Part shown: positions 32,643 to 41,888 of the stretch, piece by piece
Position numbering within the stretch: position 1 is the first letter of the stretch
Layout: the number at the start of each line of letters is the position of its first letter
From: a virus
Length of the DNA: 64,000 nucleotides
Reading direction: 5' to 3' (one strand)
Virus genome (UHGV): UHGV-0176771
Notes under the pieces: model-generated
Database searches by the model: none
Seen by the model: only the letters and a program-made list of their open reading frames with translations
Told to the model about the DNA's origin: nothing
Made by a program: the position numbers and the translations under genes

Positions 32643-34226
32643 TTAATTATGTTTTCTACCATTTAAAAATTTGCTCATAAATGACACAGAATCATCTGCA
32701 ATGTCATCAGTTTCTAAACTAGCTGTTGCGACAGACTCTTCATTTGATGTTTCCTCGAATTCTGCGACTTCTGCTGCAGCATTATCAATGCGCTCAATAT
32801 ATCTTTCAGCAATTAAATTATTGATTTCTGAAACATTTCTTGATTCAATTAATTCAGCAATTTCTGTTTCGGCAATTTCAGATTCTGTAAACAAATTACC
32901 TTTTAACATCTTGCATCTAAGAGCATCTTTTTCTTCAGCAATTTCTGCTTCAATTTTTTCTTGTTCTGCCTTTTCTACCTTTTCTTTAAAAGGTTCCAAT
33001 TCAGCAATTTTGGTTTTTAAGGTATTAATTGTTTTACCTGCGTTGATCACAGCATCATTTTTAATATCTAATTCAGCTTTTAGATTTCCAATCTCTTCAT
33101 TTTTACTTGCAATTTCCATATTTACATCTTTTACTGCAACTGTAAGCTTAACGTCTACTGGTTCAGAAACAAAAACTTCATCTCCAGAAACTTCATATGT
33201 AAATAATTTGTAATCAAGTTGGCTTTCGCTATCATCTGTTTTATACCAAACAGTATTATCTTCTGGGAACCAAAATGCGACATATCCATAAACTCTTTTC
33301 CCAATTTTTTCGTCACAAGCTTTCCTGATTTTACTTTCAAGATCCCATTGAGTCAGAGATGCAATTTCTGTTACTTCAGCATTTTCTTCTGAGATCTCTT
33401 TTGTTTCTTCTGCAACTTTTGTCTTTTTCTTTGTAGAATCTGATCCACAAGAGGCAGTTTCTTCTGTCTTTTTTTCTTTATCATCTGTCTCTTTGACAGA
33501 AGTTTTTGTATCTTCTGTCTCTTCGTTTTCTATTTTCTTTTTTGTATTTTCTGCCAAGCCTATATCCTCCTTTACATCATTTTCTTCTATATCTAAATTA
33601 ACCAAGTCCTTTTCTAAAGCCTCGGCTAATTCTGTATCAATATCTTTTTCTAGTTCAGCATATTCTATGACACCAGCGCCTGGAACGCATGGAGTTTTAA
33701 GTCTTCCCAAACATGCATTTCCAATAAATTCAAACACTTTAAGAATTGTGCAGTCACCATCTTTTTCTGAGTCAGTTACCGTCATCTCCCAAGAAGAAGA
33801 CAATTCTCCATCATCCCATAATTTATCGAACACTTTAAAATATTCGGGAAATCTACTTGTCCATAATTTGGTTTTTGCCAGGATGCATTTTTGTTTTCCG
33901 TTATATCCATCAACTTCACGTTCTTCAATCCACGAATCTGTAATGCTTCCAATAGGGAATGTATCAAAAGAAAACTTTTTTCCTTTTTTTGTTTTTGTTA
34001 TTTTCATTTCATGACCGCCAAAATCAGAAGTTGCCTTTTTTAGTTTTGCAACAAGCGGATATCCAATTATTGTTTTATGGTATTTTTTACCTGATTCGAC
34101 AGGTATAATACGATTTATCCTGTCTGGCTGGTCTAAGACGCTAATTAAAAAAACTGCCTCTTTATAATTGTCATGACTTGCAATAGAAATAGGTGAACTA
34201 GAAAATATTTCTGTTTTATTAACCAT
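32643..34226 (-). CDS. Head morphogenesis / scaffold-like protein (527 aa); acidic coiled-coil C-terminal half
   Basis: Downstream of portal. Long acidic and coiled-coil region (EEKDALRCKMLKGNLFTESEIAETEIAELIE...). Confidence 0.4.
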   Translation of the reverse strand: MVNKTEIFSSSPISIASHDNYKEAVFLISVLDQPDRINRIIPVESGKKYHKTIIGYPLVAKLKKATSDFGGHEMKITKTKKGKKFSFDTFPIGSITDSWIEEREVDGYNGKQKCILAKTKLWTSRFPEYFKVFDKLWDDGELSSSWEMTVTDSEKDGDCTILKVFEFIGNACLGRLKTPCVPGAGVIEYAELEKDIDTELAEALEKDLVNLDIEENDVKEDIGLAENTKKKIENEETEDTKTSVKETDDKEKKTEETASCGSDSTKKKTKVAEETKEISEENAEVTEIASLTQWDLESKIRKACDEKIGKRVYGYVAFWFPEDNTVWYKTDDSESQLDYKLFTYEVSGDEVFVSEPVDVKLTVAVKDVNMEIASKNEEIGNLKAELDIKNDAVINAGKTINTLKTKIAELEPFKEKVEKAEQEKIEAEIAEEKDALRCKMLKGNLFTESEIAETEIAELIESRNVSEINNLIAERYIERIDNAAAEVAEFEETSNEESVATASLETDDIADDSVSFMSKFLNGRKHN

Positions 34227-34265
34227 TTTTTCACCTTCATATATTTAAATATAAGTTAGATTTGA

Positions 34266-35951
34266 CTATTTAGATTCTCGATAATTTTTATCATATTCCT
34301 GTTTTTTCTCATTCACATCATTATCCTCGTTTGTTCCTCCCATTGGTCGTCCTGCACCAATTTCATCTGAGCCAGATGTATTGTAAGAAGTTGGATGAGG
34401 AGTCAGTATTAAATCATAACCATTCTCTTTTTCGGATTTTCTACGAACAACCTCATTATCAAAATCCATGCCAAGAAATTCATACGCTGTTTGATATGAG
34501 CAATTGAGTTTTGAAAATAGGAATTCTACAAGATCCTTTTTGATTTCAAACTCTAACATTTCTGAATCTAAAATATGTGGAGTAGGGCAATACTCTATTG
34601 GTATACCTGCTTCAGATAAGACAACTTCATACCAACGTTGCAAAATTTTTTCCTGTCTTTCTGCAATTTTGTTAATTGTTTTCATGAGTTGTTTAATAGA
34701 AATATTTGCTGTGCTTACAGTTTGTTTTCCGTCAGTGTTCAAAAATGATATGCCTAATGCAGATGTAACCCTAGACCTATATTGTGTAATCGTTTCTGTA
34801 TTAGTCATTTCTACTTTTGGTTCTACATATTCAATCTTTTCAACGCTGCCTGGTGGAGTATACAGCACAGTTTTATTTTTAAAAGCCTGTACAAGGCAAT
34901 CATGGGCATATGCCATATCCTCAAGTCCTTTTTTTTCGCCACGCTGTCCTAAAACTTCTTTTTTTAGATATTGGGCAATTATTTTTTTTGCCTTTGCTTT
35001 AGCATTAACATTGTCTGTTTTATCAAATGTATCAAGCATAATTTTAGGCTTCAACGCTTTAAAAACTGGCGAAATTCCATATTTACGATTCATATTGCCA
35101 AATCGATTTACTCCAGTCCTTTGAACATCAAGAATGGCGTATTTTTCTTTCGATGTGTAAGCTTTCGTAACTTCTTTTGGATAATTATTTTTGATCTCTT
35201 CTGCAGTATTTTTGAAAAATAAAGGTTTATTCTTTTTGCTTTTTAGCATTGTTTTCTGCAGTCTGTTTGTTAGCTCGGATGTGTCAATCAACACGTAAGG
35301 AATTGTGTTCATAGAATAGTCGCTTATTAAAGCAACTCCTAATGGATATCTATCAACAACATGATGATAAATACCTTTAGATTTTTTTGATCTCAAGTAT
35401 TGTATACAATTACCTTCGTCATATGTTGTAGTAATTGCAATAGTTACGATGTCATTTACGTTTATCTCTTTGTGAAAACGTTCAATTTCTGATTCTGCTT
35501 CGAGTTTTATTCCTTCGTCATAGTCTGATGGGAGAGTATCAAAAGATATTCTTACGTTAGAGTTAAGGTTTGATTCAACAGCCTCATGAACTTTTCCAAT
35601 TATATCGTCTTCATTTGATGCTTGCCGTACTAATGCATTTATTTTTTGTATTTTTGAAATATCACTTTGTGCGTTAAAAGCTAAATCATCAATATCATCT
35701 AATGTTGTGGTTTTTGCTGTTCCGGATGACGATTCTTCATTTAACACAACAGAATATTGACTTCCACCTTTGTCAAATCTCTGTAATGCGTCGCGCATCC
35801 AATTTGTCTCTTGTTCTGATAGCTGAACATCAAATCCTGATACAATGACGGTTTCATCGTCAGAACTGATGCTGTCTTTAATATCTGATGCGAAAGATAT
35901 TTTATAGTTTTTAATGTCATCAACTTGTGATTCGTTAATATTATCTGACAT
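34266..35951 (-). CDS. Portal protein-like (561 aa)
   Basis: Directly downstream of the large terminase. Size consistent. Confidence 0.5.
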   Translation of the reverse strand: MSDNINESQVDDIKNYKISFASDIKDSISSDDETVIVSGFDVQLSEQETNWMRDALQRFDKGGSQYSVVLNEESSSGTAKTTTLDDIDDLAFNAQSDISKIQKINALVRQASNEDDIIGKVHEAVESNLNSNVRISFDTLPSDYDEGIKLEAESEIERFHKEINVNDIVTIAITTTYDEGNCIQYLRSKKSKGIYHHVVDRYPLGVALISDYSMNTIPYVLIDTSELTNRLQKTMLKSKKNKPLFFKNTAEEIKNNYPKEVTKAYTSKEKYAILDVQRTGVNRFGNMNRKYGISPVFKALKPKIMLDTFDKTDNVNAKAKAKKIIAQYLKKEVLGQRGEKKGLEDMAYAHDCLVQAFKNKTVLYTPPGSVEKIEYVEPKVEMTNTETITQYRSRVTSALGISFLNTDGKQTVSTANISIKQLMKTINKIAERQEKILQRWYEVVLSEAGIPIEYCPTPHILDSEMLEFEIKKDLVEFLFSKLNCSYQTAYEFLGMDFDNEVVRRKSEKENGYDLILTPHPTSYNTSGSDEIGAGRPMGGTNEDNDVNEKKQEYDKNYRESK

Positions 35952-35966
35952 TATTCACCGTCCTTT

Positions 35967-37718
35967 CTAAAATGATATAGAAGAAATACATGGGGTAAAA
36001 TTTGAAAAATCTGAAGAATAGGAGTCTGTGTTAAGATTTTTTTCTAATGTTCTTAATATGTGATAATTATATCCCAAAGAACTATATCTATCTTTTCTCA
36101 TACCAGATTTTTCCTTTATTTTAATGTTTGTTCCTTCTATCTTATGCTGTAAATTTATGAGTTCATATATCAGCAATGTTGTTTGAATATATGGTGTTTT
36201 ATATTTTAACTGTTCAAAAGATTGCATCTTTGAATATGACTTAATCTTGTCTCTTAATATTTCCTCTGCTTCAAATTCTGATACAAGAAGATTGATCTTC
36301 CCATTTTGTATTCCTGCACGAAGCATAACACACATCTCGTTATTAAAAGCAGCATTGGCTTTTATCGACCATATACACGGATTTGCCGATTCGACTTTAC
36401 ATCTTTCTGCCATGTCTTTATCATTACAACAAGTAAGAGCTTTATATACATCACCTGTTTCTTGATCTAACTGATTCTTTATAATAAAATCATATACACC
36501 TAAACCAGCTCCATTTGTATCAATTACCAAATCTGTACATTTATACCTATAGAACAATCTCATGACAATAATTCCTAATTCATCAGTTGTAAGTCCTTCA
36601 TGATTTTCTAAGAATACAATATTCGAAATGTACTCATTACTTTCTGTTGGAAGAGCACTATTAATTAAAATTGAACTTGCATCATTATTCTTTGATTTAC
36701 TAGAACCCATTAATGCAATATCTACAGACATAATTCTTTTTTCATTAAGGGCTAAGTCTGGTATTTTTTTATTTTTGAAAAAATGTGTCTCCATCGGTGT
36801 TTTTATTTTTCTACATTTAGATAAATCATCAAATGTAAAAAACGAACCGTCTGTATCACCAAACCATAAACATCCCATCTCCATATCAAAAGATGTTTGA
36901 TCAAAGTCTTGCTCAGAAAATTCATCTTCAACCTGTTCTTTTGATAATAAATTTTCTTTGATTGCTATTTGATACGGTAGTCCGCAAATAAAATATTTTT
37001 TACTATTATCTAAAAAATTTACGACATATGCTTTCGCTTTTTCAAATGACCAATGAGATTTATACCATGCGCTGGACATAAATATTTCTTTATTACGCTC
37101 AGTTAGATGAGAATATTTTTTTATATTTAAATATCCTGGGGTACGCGGAGCTGTTAAGAATTTTCTAAGAACAGTATTAATGACATTTAAATCAACCATA
37201 CGAAATTCGTCTACAATTAGAATATTTGCACGTGCGCCTCGTCCACTGTCAGATGCAGTTACAACCCTTATCCATGACCCATTTTTAAATTCAATCACTG
37301 CATTATTCGCACCAACTGATTTGTACCCTATTTCATTATTTAAATTATCTGAACCCCATCCATAGTTTTTACAAAAATCATCGGTTATTTTCAAAAGGAC
37401 TTGATTCGCCTGTGGTCTTGTTGAAGAAGCAATACATATCTTGCTTCCCGGGAATAATATGCAACGAACGACGCAGAATAGAGCAGTAAGCCATGTTTTA
37501 CCCTGACCACGACTTGCAATATACATAAAATAATTATTGCACATCATTGCATATAGCAATATCTTTTGAAATAATTTGAGAGTTATATTTAAATAATCTT
37601 TACAAAAACGTTGTGGATTTTTTCTGTAAAAAGCTGCCCAGTAAGCAACACCGTTCATTAACCTTTCAGCTTTCTCATTTGCAACTTCTTGTTCTGTCAT
37701 TTTTCTCGATGTAGCCAT
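35967..37718 (-). CDS. terL: Terminase large subunit
   Basis: Walker A-like GQGKTW; Walker B-like ILIVDEF. C-terminal nuclease-like region. 583 aa. Confidence 0.7.
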   Translation of the reverse strand: MATSRKMTEQEVANEKAERLMNGVAYWAAFYRKNPQRFCKDYLNITLKLFQKILLYAMMCNNYFMYIASRGQGKTWLTALFCVVRCILFPGSKICIASSTRPQANQVLLKITDDFCKNYGWGSDNLNNEIGYKSVGANNAVIEFKNGSWIRVVTASDSGRGARANILIVDEFRMVDLNVINTVLRKFLTAPRTPGYLNIKKYSHLTERNKEIFMSSAWYKSHWSFEKAKAYVVNFLDNSKKYFICGLPYQIAIKENLLSKEQVEDEFSEQDFDQTSFDMEMGCLWFGDTDGSFFTFDDLSKCRKIKTPMETHFFKNKKIPDLALNEKRIMSVDIALMGSSKSKNNDASSILINSALPTESNEYISNIVFLENHEGLTTDELGIIVMRLFYRYKCTDLVIDTNGAGLGVYDFIIKNQLDQETGDVYKALTCCNDKDMAERCKVESANPCIWSIKANAAFNNEMCVMLRAGIQNGKINLLVSEFEAEEILRDKIKSYSKMQSFEQLKYKTPYIQTTLLIYELINLQHKIEGTNIKIKEKSGMRKDRYSSLGYNYHILRTLEKNLNTDSYSSDFSNFTPCISSISF

Positions 37719-38759
37719 TTAAAAATCCTCAAATTTCTCATCATTTCCGAAAATAGCATCAAAAAGTGCTTCATTATTTTCGTCATCTTTATATTCTGGT
37801 TTTTCAACGGTATATTTTTTCATAAATTTATTATACAAATTAGATAATCCATTTTTTAATCCCATCATTTTTGCTAAATGACCTTTGAAAAATACATCGA
37901 TATATAATCCAATTTTATCTACGTCTTCTAATTCTGGATCAATATCCGGAAGAGGTTTTTCATTTTCCCATTTTTGGATTAACGTTCCAAGAGTTTGTGC
38001 ATCTGATAATGCATTTGTGTTCTGACATGGTTTTAGATTAGCTGTATCAAGATAATTTTGAAATGTTTTATCAAGTTCTTTTGTATCTTTTCCTGCACGA
38101 GTGGTTTTTAGTATCTCTAACTGTTTGAAACAAATTCTTTTAAATACTTCTTCTTGTGTTTTAGTTTTACACTCATGACGACTTGTCCAATCGTCATATT
38201 GCTCTTGCAAATAATCATAGTCATCATCTGTAAAACCTGTTCCCCAAAATTTTACAGTCTTTATTCTTATTTTTGATTTATTTTCTTTTAAATCATCAAT
38301 GTTTTCAATTACATTGCCCTTTCTTTCTTCGTCTAATGTTGTATCAAAAGTTTTTCCCGCATACTGTCGTAAGTTAGATTTCGAAATGTAATTATGGATT
38401 CGAGATCTTGTTTTTGTAATTTTTCTACTTGCGTTTAATAGACTTACATCGTAATAAATATCATATTTTTGACAAATTATACGTATTGCCATATCTTCAT
38501 CTCCACCATAAGCTTCAGTATAATGTTCAAACAATCTGTCAAGACATTTTCTACATGTTGAAATATGATAATCCCATCCGGAGTATAATTCGCTTTGAGA
38601 TGCAGGAAAATTGCCATCTAAGTTTTTATACGGTGTCCCACAAACTGTACATTTATAAAAATCTGGTTCGTCTGTTTTGGAATATCGTATTTTTTTAACA
38701 GAGGTCGTGTCTTTTGGTGTTGTTATCGTTAGACTTCTTGTTGATTTTTCTTCTGACAA
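37719..38759 (-). CDS. Hypothetical protein with a CxxC...CxxC Zn-ribbon (346 aa); possible terminase small subunit by position
   Basis: Stop abuts the terL start (37718/37719). CTVCGTPY...CRKC motifs. Confidence 0.3.
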   Translation of the reverse strand: MSEEKSTRSLTITTPKDTTSVKKIRYSKTDEPDFYKCTVCGTPYKNLDGNFPASQSELYSGWDYHISTCRKCLDRLFEHYTEAYGGDEDMAIRIICQKYDIYYDVSLLNASRKITKTRSRIHNYISKSNLRQYAGKTFDTTLDEERKGNVIENIDDLKENKSKIRIKTVKFWGTGFTDDDYDYLQEQYDDWTSRHECKTKTQEEVFKRICFKQLEILKTTRAGKDTKELDKTFQNYLDTANLKPCQNTNALSDAQTLGTLIQKWENEKPLPDIDPELEDVDKIGLYIDVFFKGHLAKMMGLKNGLSNLYNKFMKKYTVEKPEYKDDENNEALFDAIFGNDEKFEDF

Positions 38760-38800
38760 AATTTATCCCTTCTTTCTCAACTAATTTATATATTAATAAA

Positions 38801-38871
38801 AGCTCAGACCCAGATTTGAACTGGGAACAATTGATTACAAGTCAATCGTTTTTCCATTAAACTATCCGAGC
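38801..38871 (-). tRNA. tRNA-Thr (anticodon UGU)
   Basis: Manual cloverleaf: acceptor GCTCGGA/TCTGAGC (one G-U); D-arm GTTT/AAAC; anticodon stem ATTGA/TCAAT with loop CTTGTAA; T-arm CCCAG-TTCAAAT-CTGGG. No encoded CCA. Confidence 0.7.
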
Positions 38872-38914
38872 ATAATAATAGGACGGCAGTAGCACCGTCC
38901 TGTTTTATACATAT

Positions 38915-39934
38915 TTACTGAGCAATAATCCCAGCAGTTCTGAGACTTGCCAACAAAGCATTAAGTTTATCTTTTACATCTGTATCTCCAGCGTCTGTAA
39001 CTGCAACGCCTTTTTTTGGCAATTCAGTTTTTGTTGCATATTTCTTATCTGCATCAACTGTCTTCATATATGCAGTAAGAGCATCAGATCCAATCTTAGT
39101 TTTCAGTGCATCTCCAACAGCTTTTGCATCCGCAGCTTTTCCTTCCACAGCAAGTGTTTTGTCAAGTTCAGCTCCTGCACCAGTTGGATAAGACGGAACG
39201 AATAATTTTCCTGTTGCAGTGTCAATTGCAACCTCCACTGTTTCATTCGTTTTTCCTTTTGCTTTAATTCCACCAAGAATTTTATCAGTTGCCTGTGGAA
39301 GAGTATAAGAACTTCCTGTCGGAATGTTAATTGTTTTTTCAACAGAACCGTCATAGTAATCTGTTACTGCACCTGTAAATTTAATCTTTTTAGGATTTGG
39401 AAGTGTAGTCGTAGTTTTTGGCAATGCACCTACTTCTGCAGCTGTATAAGTAGGTTTTGTTTCTGCTTTTGCCCATGCCGGTACAGTTGGATCAGTTTCT
39501 TTTGTAATATAAGTACCTTTCTTCTGAATACCAAGATCGTCCAAGGTTTTATTTCCAGTTAATTCAATTCCGGAAATTTGTGGCTTATTTGTTAATGCAG
39601 TATAATCAAGAGAAATATTTCCGCCTGAACCACCAATTGCAGGTTGCTCTACCCATTTCTTGCCAGACTCGTTATATTTATACACTGTACCAGTATCAAT
39701 TTCTTCATATGTGCTTCCATTGGTAATGTATGTTGTTTCGATAAATTCAACAGGTTTTTCGTCTGTAGATAATCCAGTAATCTCTAATACATTACGATTC
39801 ATGTCGCCACCAATTTTCTGTAATGTTACCATTATTTTCCCTCGCTTTCTTTTTTCTATTTTCTGCCGATATGAAACCGGCATTTCTTTTGAAAGCCGGA
39901 ATTTAAAATGACTCTTACCGCCGTGAAATGGCAA
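38915..39934 (-). CDS. Tail-fibre-repeat protein (339 aa annotated; real start probably an internal Met)
   Basis: YTLPQATDKILGGIK motif and C-terminal KDKLNALLASLRTAGIIAQ are shared with the 135-aa protein. Confidence 0.5.
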   Translation of the reverse strand: MPFHGGKSHFKFRLSKEMPVSYRQKIEKRKRGKIMVTLQKIGGDMNRNVLEITGLSTDEKPVEFIETTYITNGSTYEEIDTGTVYKYNESGKKWVEQPAIGGSGGNISLDYTALTNKPQISGIELTGNKTLDDLGIQKKGTYITKETDPTVPAWAKAETKPTYTAAEVGALPKTTTTLPNPKKIKFTGAVTDYYDGSVEKTINIPTGSSYTLPQATDKILGGIKAKGKTNETVEVAIDTATGKLFVPSYPTGAGAELDKTLAVEGKAADAKAVGDALKTKIGSDALTAYMKTVDADKKYATKTELPKKGVAVTDAGDTDVKDKLNALLASLRTAGIIAQ

Positions 39935-39994
39935 TGTCTTAGCCTCTTGACCATGGAGCCGTATACAAAAATAGGAGAGCAGTATTGCTCTCCA

Positions 39995-40471
39995 TTAATC
40001 TCTTAAATCGATTTCTGTCAATTCCACATAGTCATCTTCGTGTGTGATTCGTAGATAATCACTTCCTTGAATTAATTTTCCATCATGCTTTTTTACAATA
40101 TCTCTCATATAGTCAAATGGATGAATATGTGGAACTACCTTTTTATAATCTAAAAAAGTAATATCATAGTTATCATCCATATGTATATATACACATTTAA
40201 TTGTGGGTATGATCGAATATTTATTTTGAAAATTTTCTATATCACACAGAAAATTTGTATTCCGTTCATCTAAGATTTTTGACTCCAAATCATGAACGTC
40301 AATTGCAATCATTTTCACATATCCTGTTTTAACTAGTCTTTCCATAGCTATGCATACCTCCGGTGCTGTGATTTTCAGAAACAGTATAACATAGAATGAA
40401 AGAGTAGTGAGCTGGTAAATTATGGAATTAGAGTTAAACAAATGCATCATCAGCATCATCAGAATCTTCAC
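39995..40471 (-). CDS. Hypothetical protein (start likely internal, MERLVKTGY...)
   Basis: ORF; overlaps the integrase 5' end by 38 nt as annotated. Confidence 0.35.
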   Translation of the reverse strand: MKILMMLMMHLFNSNSIIYQLTTLSFYVILFLKITAPEVCIAMERLVKTGYVKMIAIDVHDLESKILDERNTNFLCDIENFQNKYSIIPTIKCVYIHMDDNYDITFLDYKKVVPHIHPFDYMRDIVKKHDGKLIQGSDYLRITHEDDYVELTEIDLRD

Positions 40472-41552
40472 GAATTACATATATTTGGGTAGTTTCGCTT
40501 GATTCATGCCCCAATAATTTCTGAGCTGTTTCAAGTGGGCGATGATTATACACAACTAAATTAGTTGCCCTACTTCTTCGGAGTCCGTGTGGAGTAAGCC
40601 TCTGTCCAACAATTTCTGAAAATTCATTAATGCACCAATCATTGAACACACCTTCACTTACTTGTCTTGTTTCACCATTTTTTTGTTTAATTACAAACAT
40701 ATAAGGACAATCGTCTTCTCCACGAACTTCAATCCATTTTTTTAAAGCAACCATCACATCTTCGCCAAACTGAAGCTTTCTGATTTTCCCAGCTTTACTT
40801 CGTCCTTTACATCTAATATCATGAGTTTTATATGAGACAGATTCTACTTCTTGCTCTACTCCATTTTCATCGATTATTTTTACCATTTTTCTTTTTGGCT
40901 CATAATTGATTACCTCTTTTAGCAACTGCCTAGATTCCGCGCGGCGGCAGCCTGTGGAATATGTATATTTTACGTAAGCTAATTTTTGCCACTCCTCACG
41001 TTTTTCTAATTCATTACATAGATAATCAATTTGCTCAGGAGTCAAAGGCTCTTTTGAAAATACTTTTCCTGTTTTTGGAACCTGCATTTCCGCAGTTACA
41101 AAATTACGAAAAGTTGGATATTCATCCTCATAAAAATTTTCGATAAATTTATTCATAGCACTAACAGCAGATTTTTTAAATTTAATTCCGGATTCAGAAA
41201 AGCCTCTATTTGCAAGCCAATTCATATATCTAAGAAACTCTTTCTTTTTAATATCTATGCACTTTTTATCTCGTAAATTATTTTTCACCCAAAGAAAAAA
41301 TATTCTTAAGGCTGATTTGTACGCATTTATGCTTTTAGGTGAAAGATGTGTTTGATTGTTAAGATAATCATCAACCATTTCCCTGTTAAATTCATTTACT
41401 GTTAACCAAATTTCATCTGTAATATCTTCTGATCTATTTGCTATCTTTTCATTCAAAACATCACTTCCTTTTTGAAAAACTATATTTTGGAGTTTCTTAC
41501 GATTTTCGTCAGGAGATTCCTGCTTTACAAATCCATAACCTACTATCTCCAT
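40434..41552 (-). CDS. int: Tyrosine recombinase / phage integrase
   Basis: C-terminal catalytic region RLTPHGLRRSRATNLV...LLGHESSETTQIYV (R..H-R-Y pattern). 372 aa. Confidence 0.8.
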   Translation of the reverse strand: MEIVGYGFVKQESPDENRKKLQNIVFQKGSDVLNEKIANRSEDITDEIWLTVNEFNREMVDDYLNNQTHLSPKSINAYKSALRIFFLWVKNNLRDKKCIDIKKKEFLRYMNWLANRGFSESGIKFKKSAVSAMNKFIENFYEDEYPTFRNFVTAEMQVPKTGKVFSKEPLTPEQIDYLCNELEKREEWQKLAYVKYTYSTGCRRAESRQLLKEVINYEPKRKMVKIIDENGVEQEVESVSYKTHDIRCKGRSKAGKIRKLQFGEDVMVALKKWIEVRGEDDCPYMFVIKQKNGETRQVSEGVFNDWCINEFSEIVGQRLTPHGLRRSRATNLVVYNHRPLETAQKLLGHESSETTQIYVIREDSDDADDAFV

Positions 41553-41888
41553 ATGTGTAATTTCAGATTATTCCGAACCTAGTTTTTATAATTGATATGC
41601 AATTTCCAATATTCGCTGTTTGGCGATTAATCTTGTCATTAAACTAACGAGGGTTTTCGCCATATTATAAATAGTACTAATAAACGTATTGTATTATGTG
41701 ATTATTTCTAATATCTTATCAGAGCTATAATAGGCATCTGAATCTTCTACCACCTTGTTTCGCAAATATTTAAAATTCTTGACTCCCCATATTTTCCCCT
41801 TCCTGCTTTCAAGCATAACAAAAGAGAGTTTTAAGACTACTTCGTGCAAAATTTTAAACTCAGCCAAAGTTTTCTTTAAACTGGTTCG

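Noticed and set aside
32671-35124. Several 170-200-aa plus-strand ORFs (32671..33213, 33493..34014, 34504..35124) and others such as 8398..8640 and 657..887
   Set aside because: Antisense shadow ORFs inside long, well-supported minus-strand structural genes. Ser/Phe/Ile-rich translations typical of reverse frames of AT-rich coding DNA.
37719-38759. Confident terminase small subunit call
   Set aside because: Only positional evidence plus a Zn-ribbon; no recognisable TerS motif by eye, so kept at low confidence.
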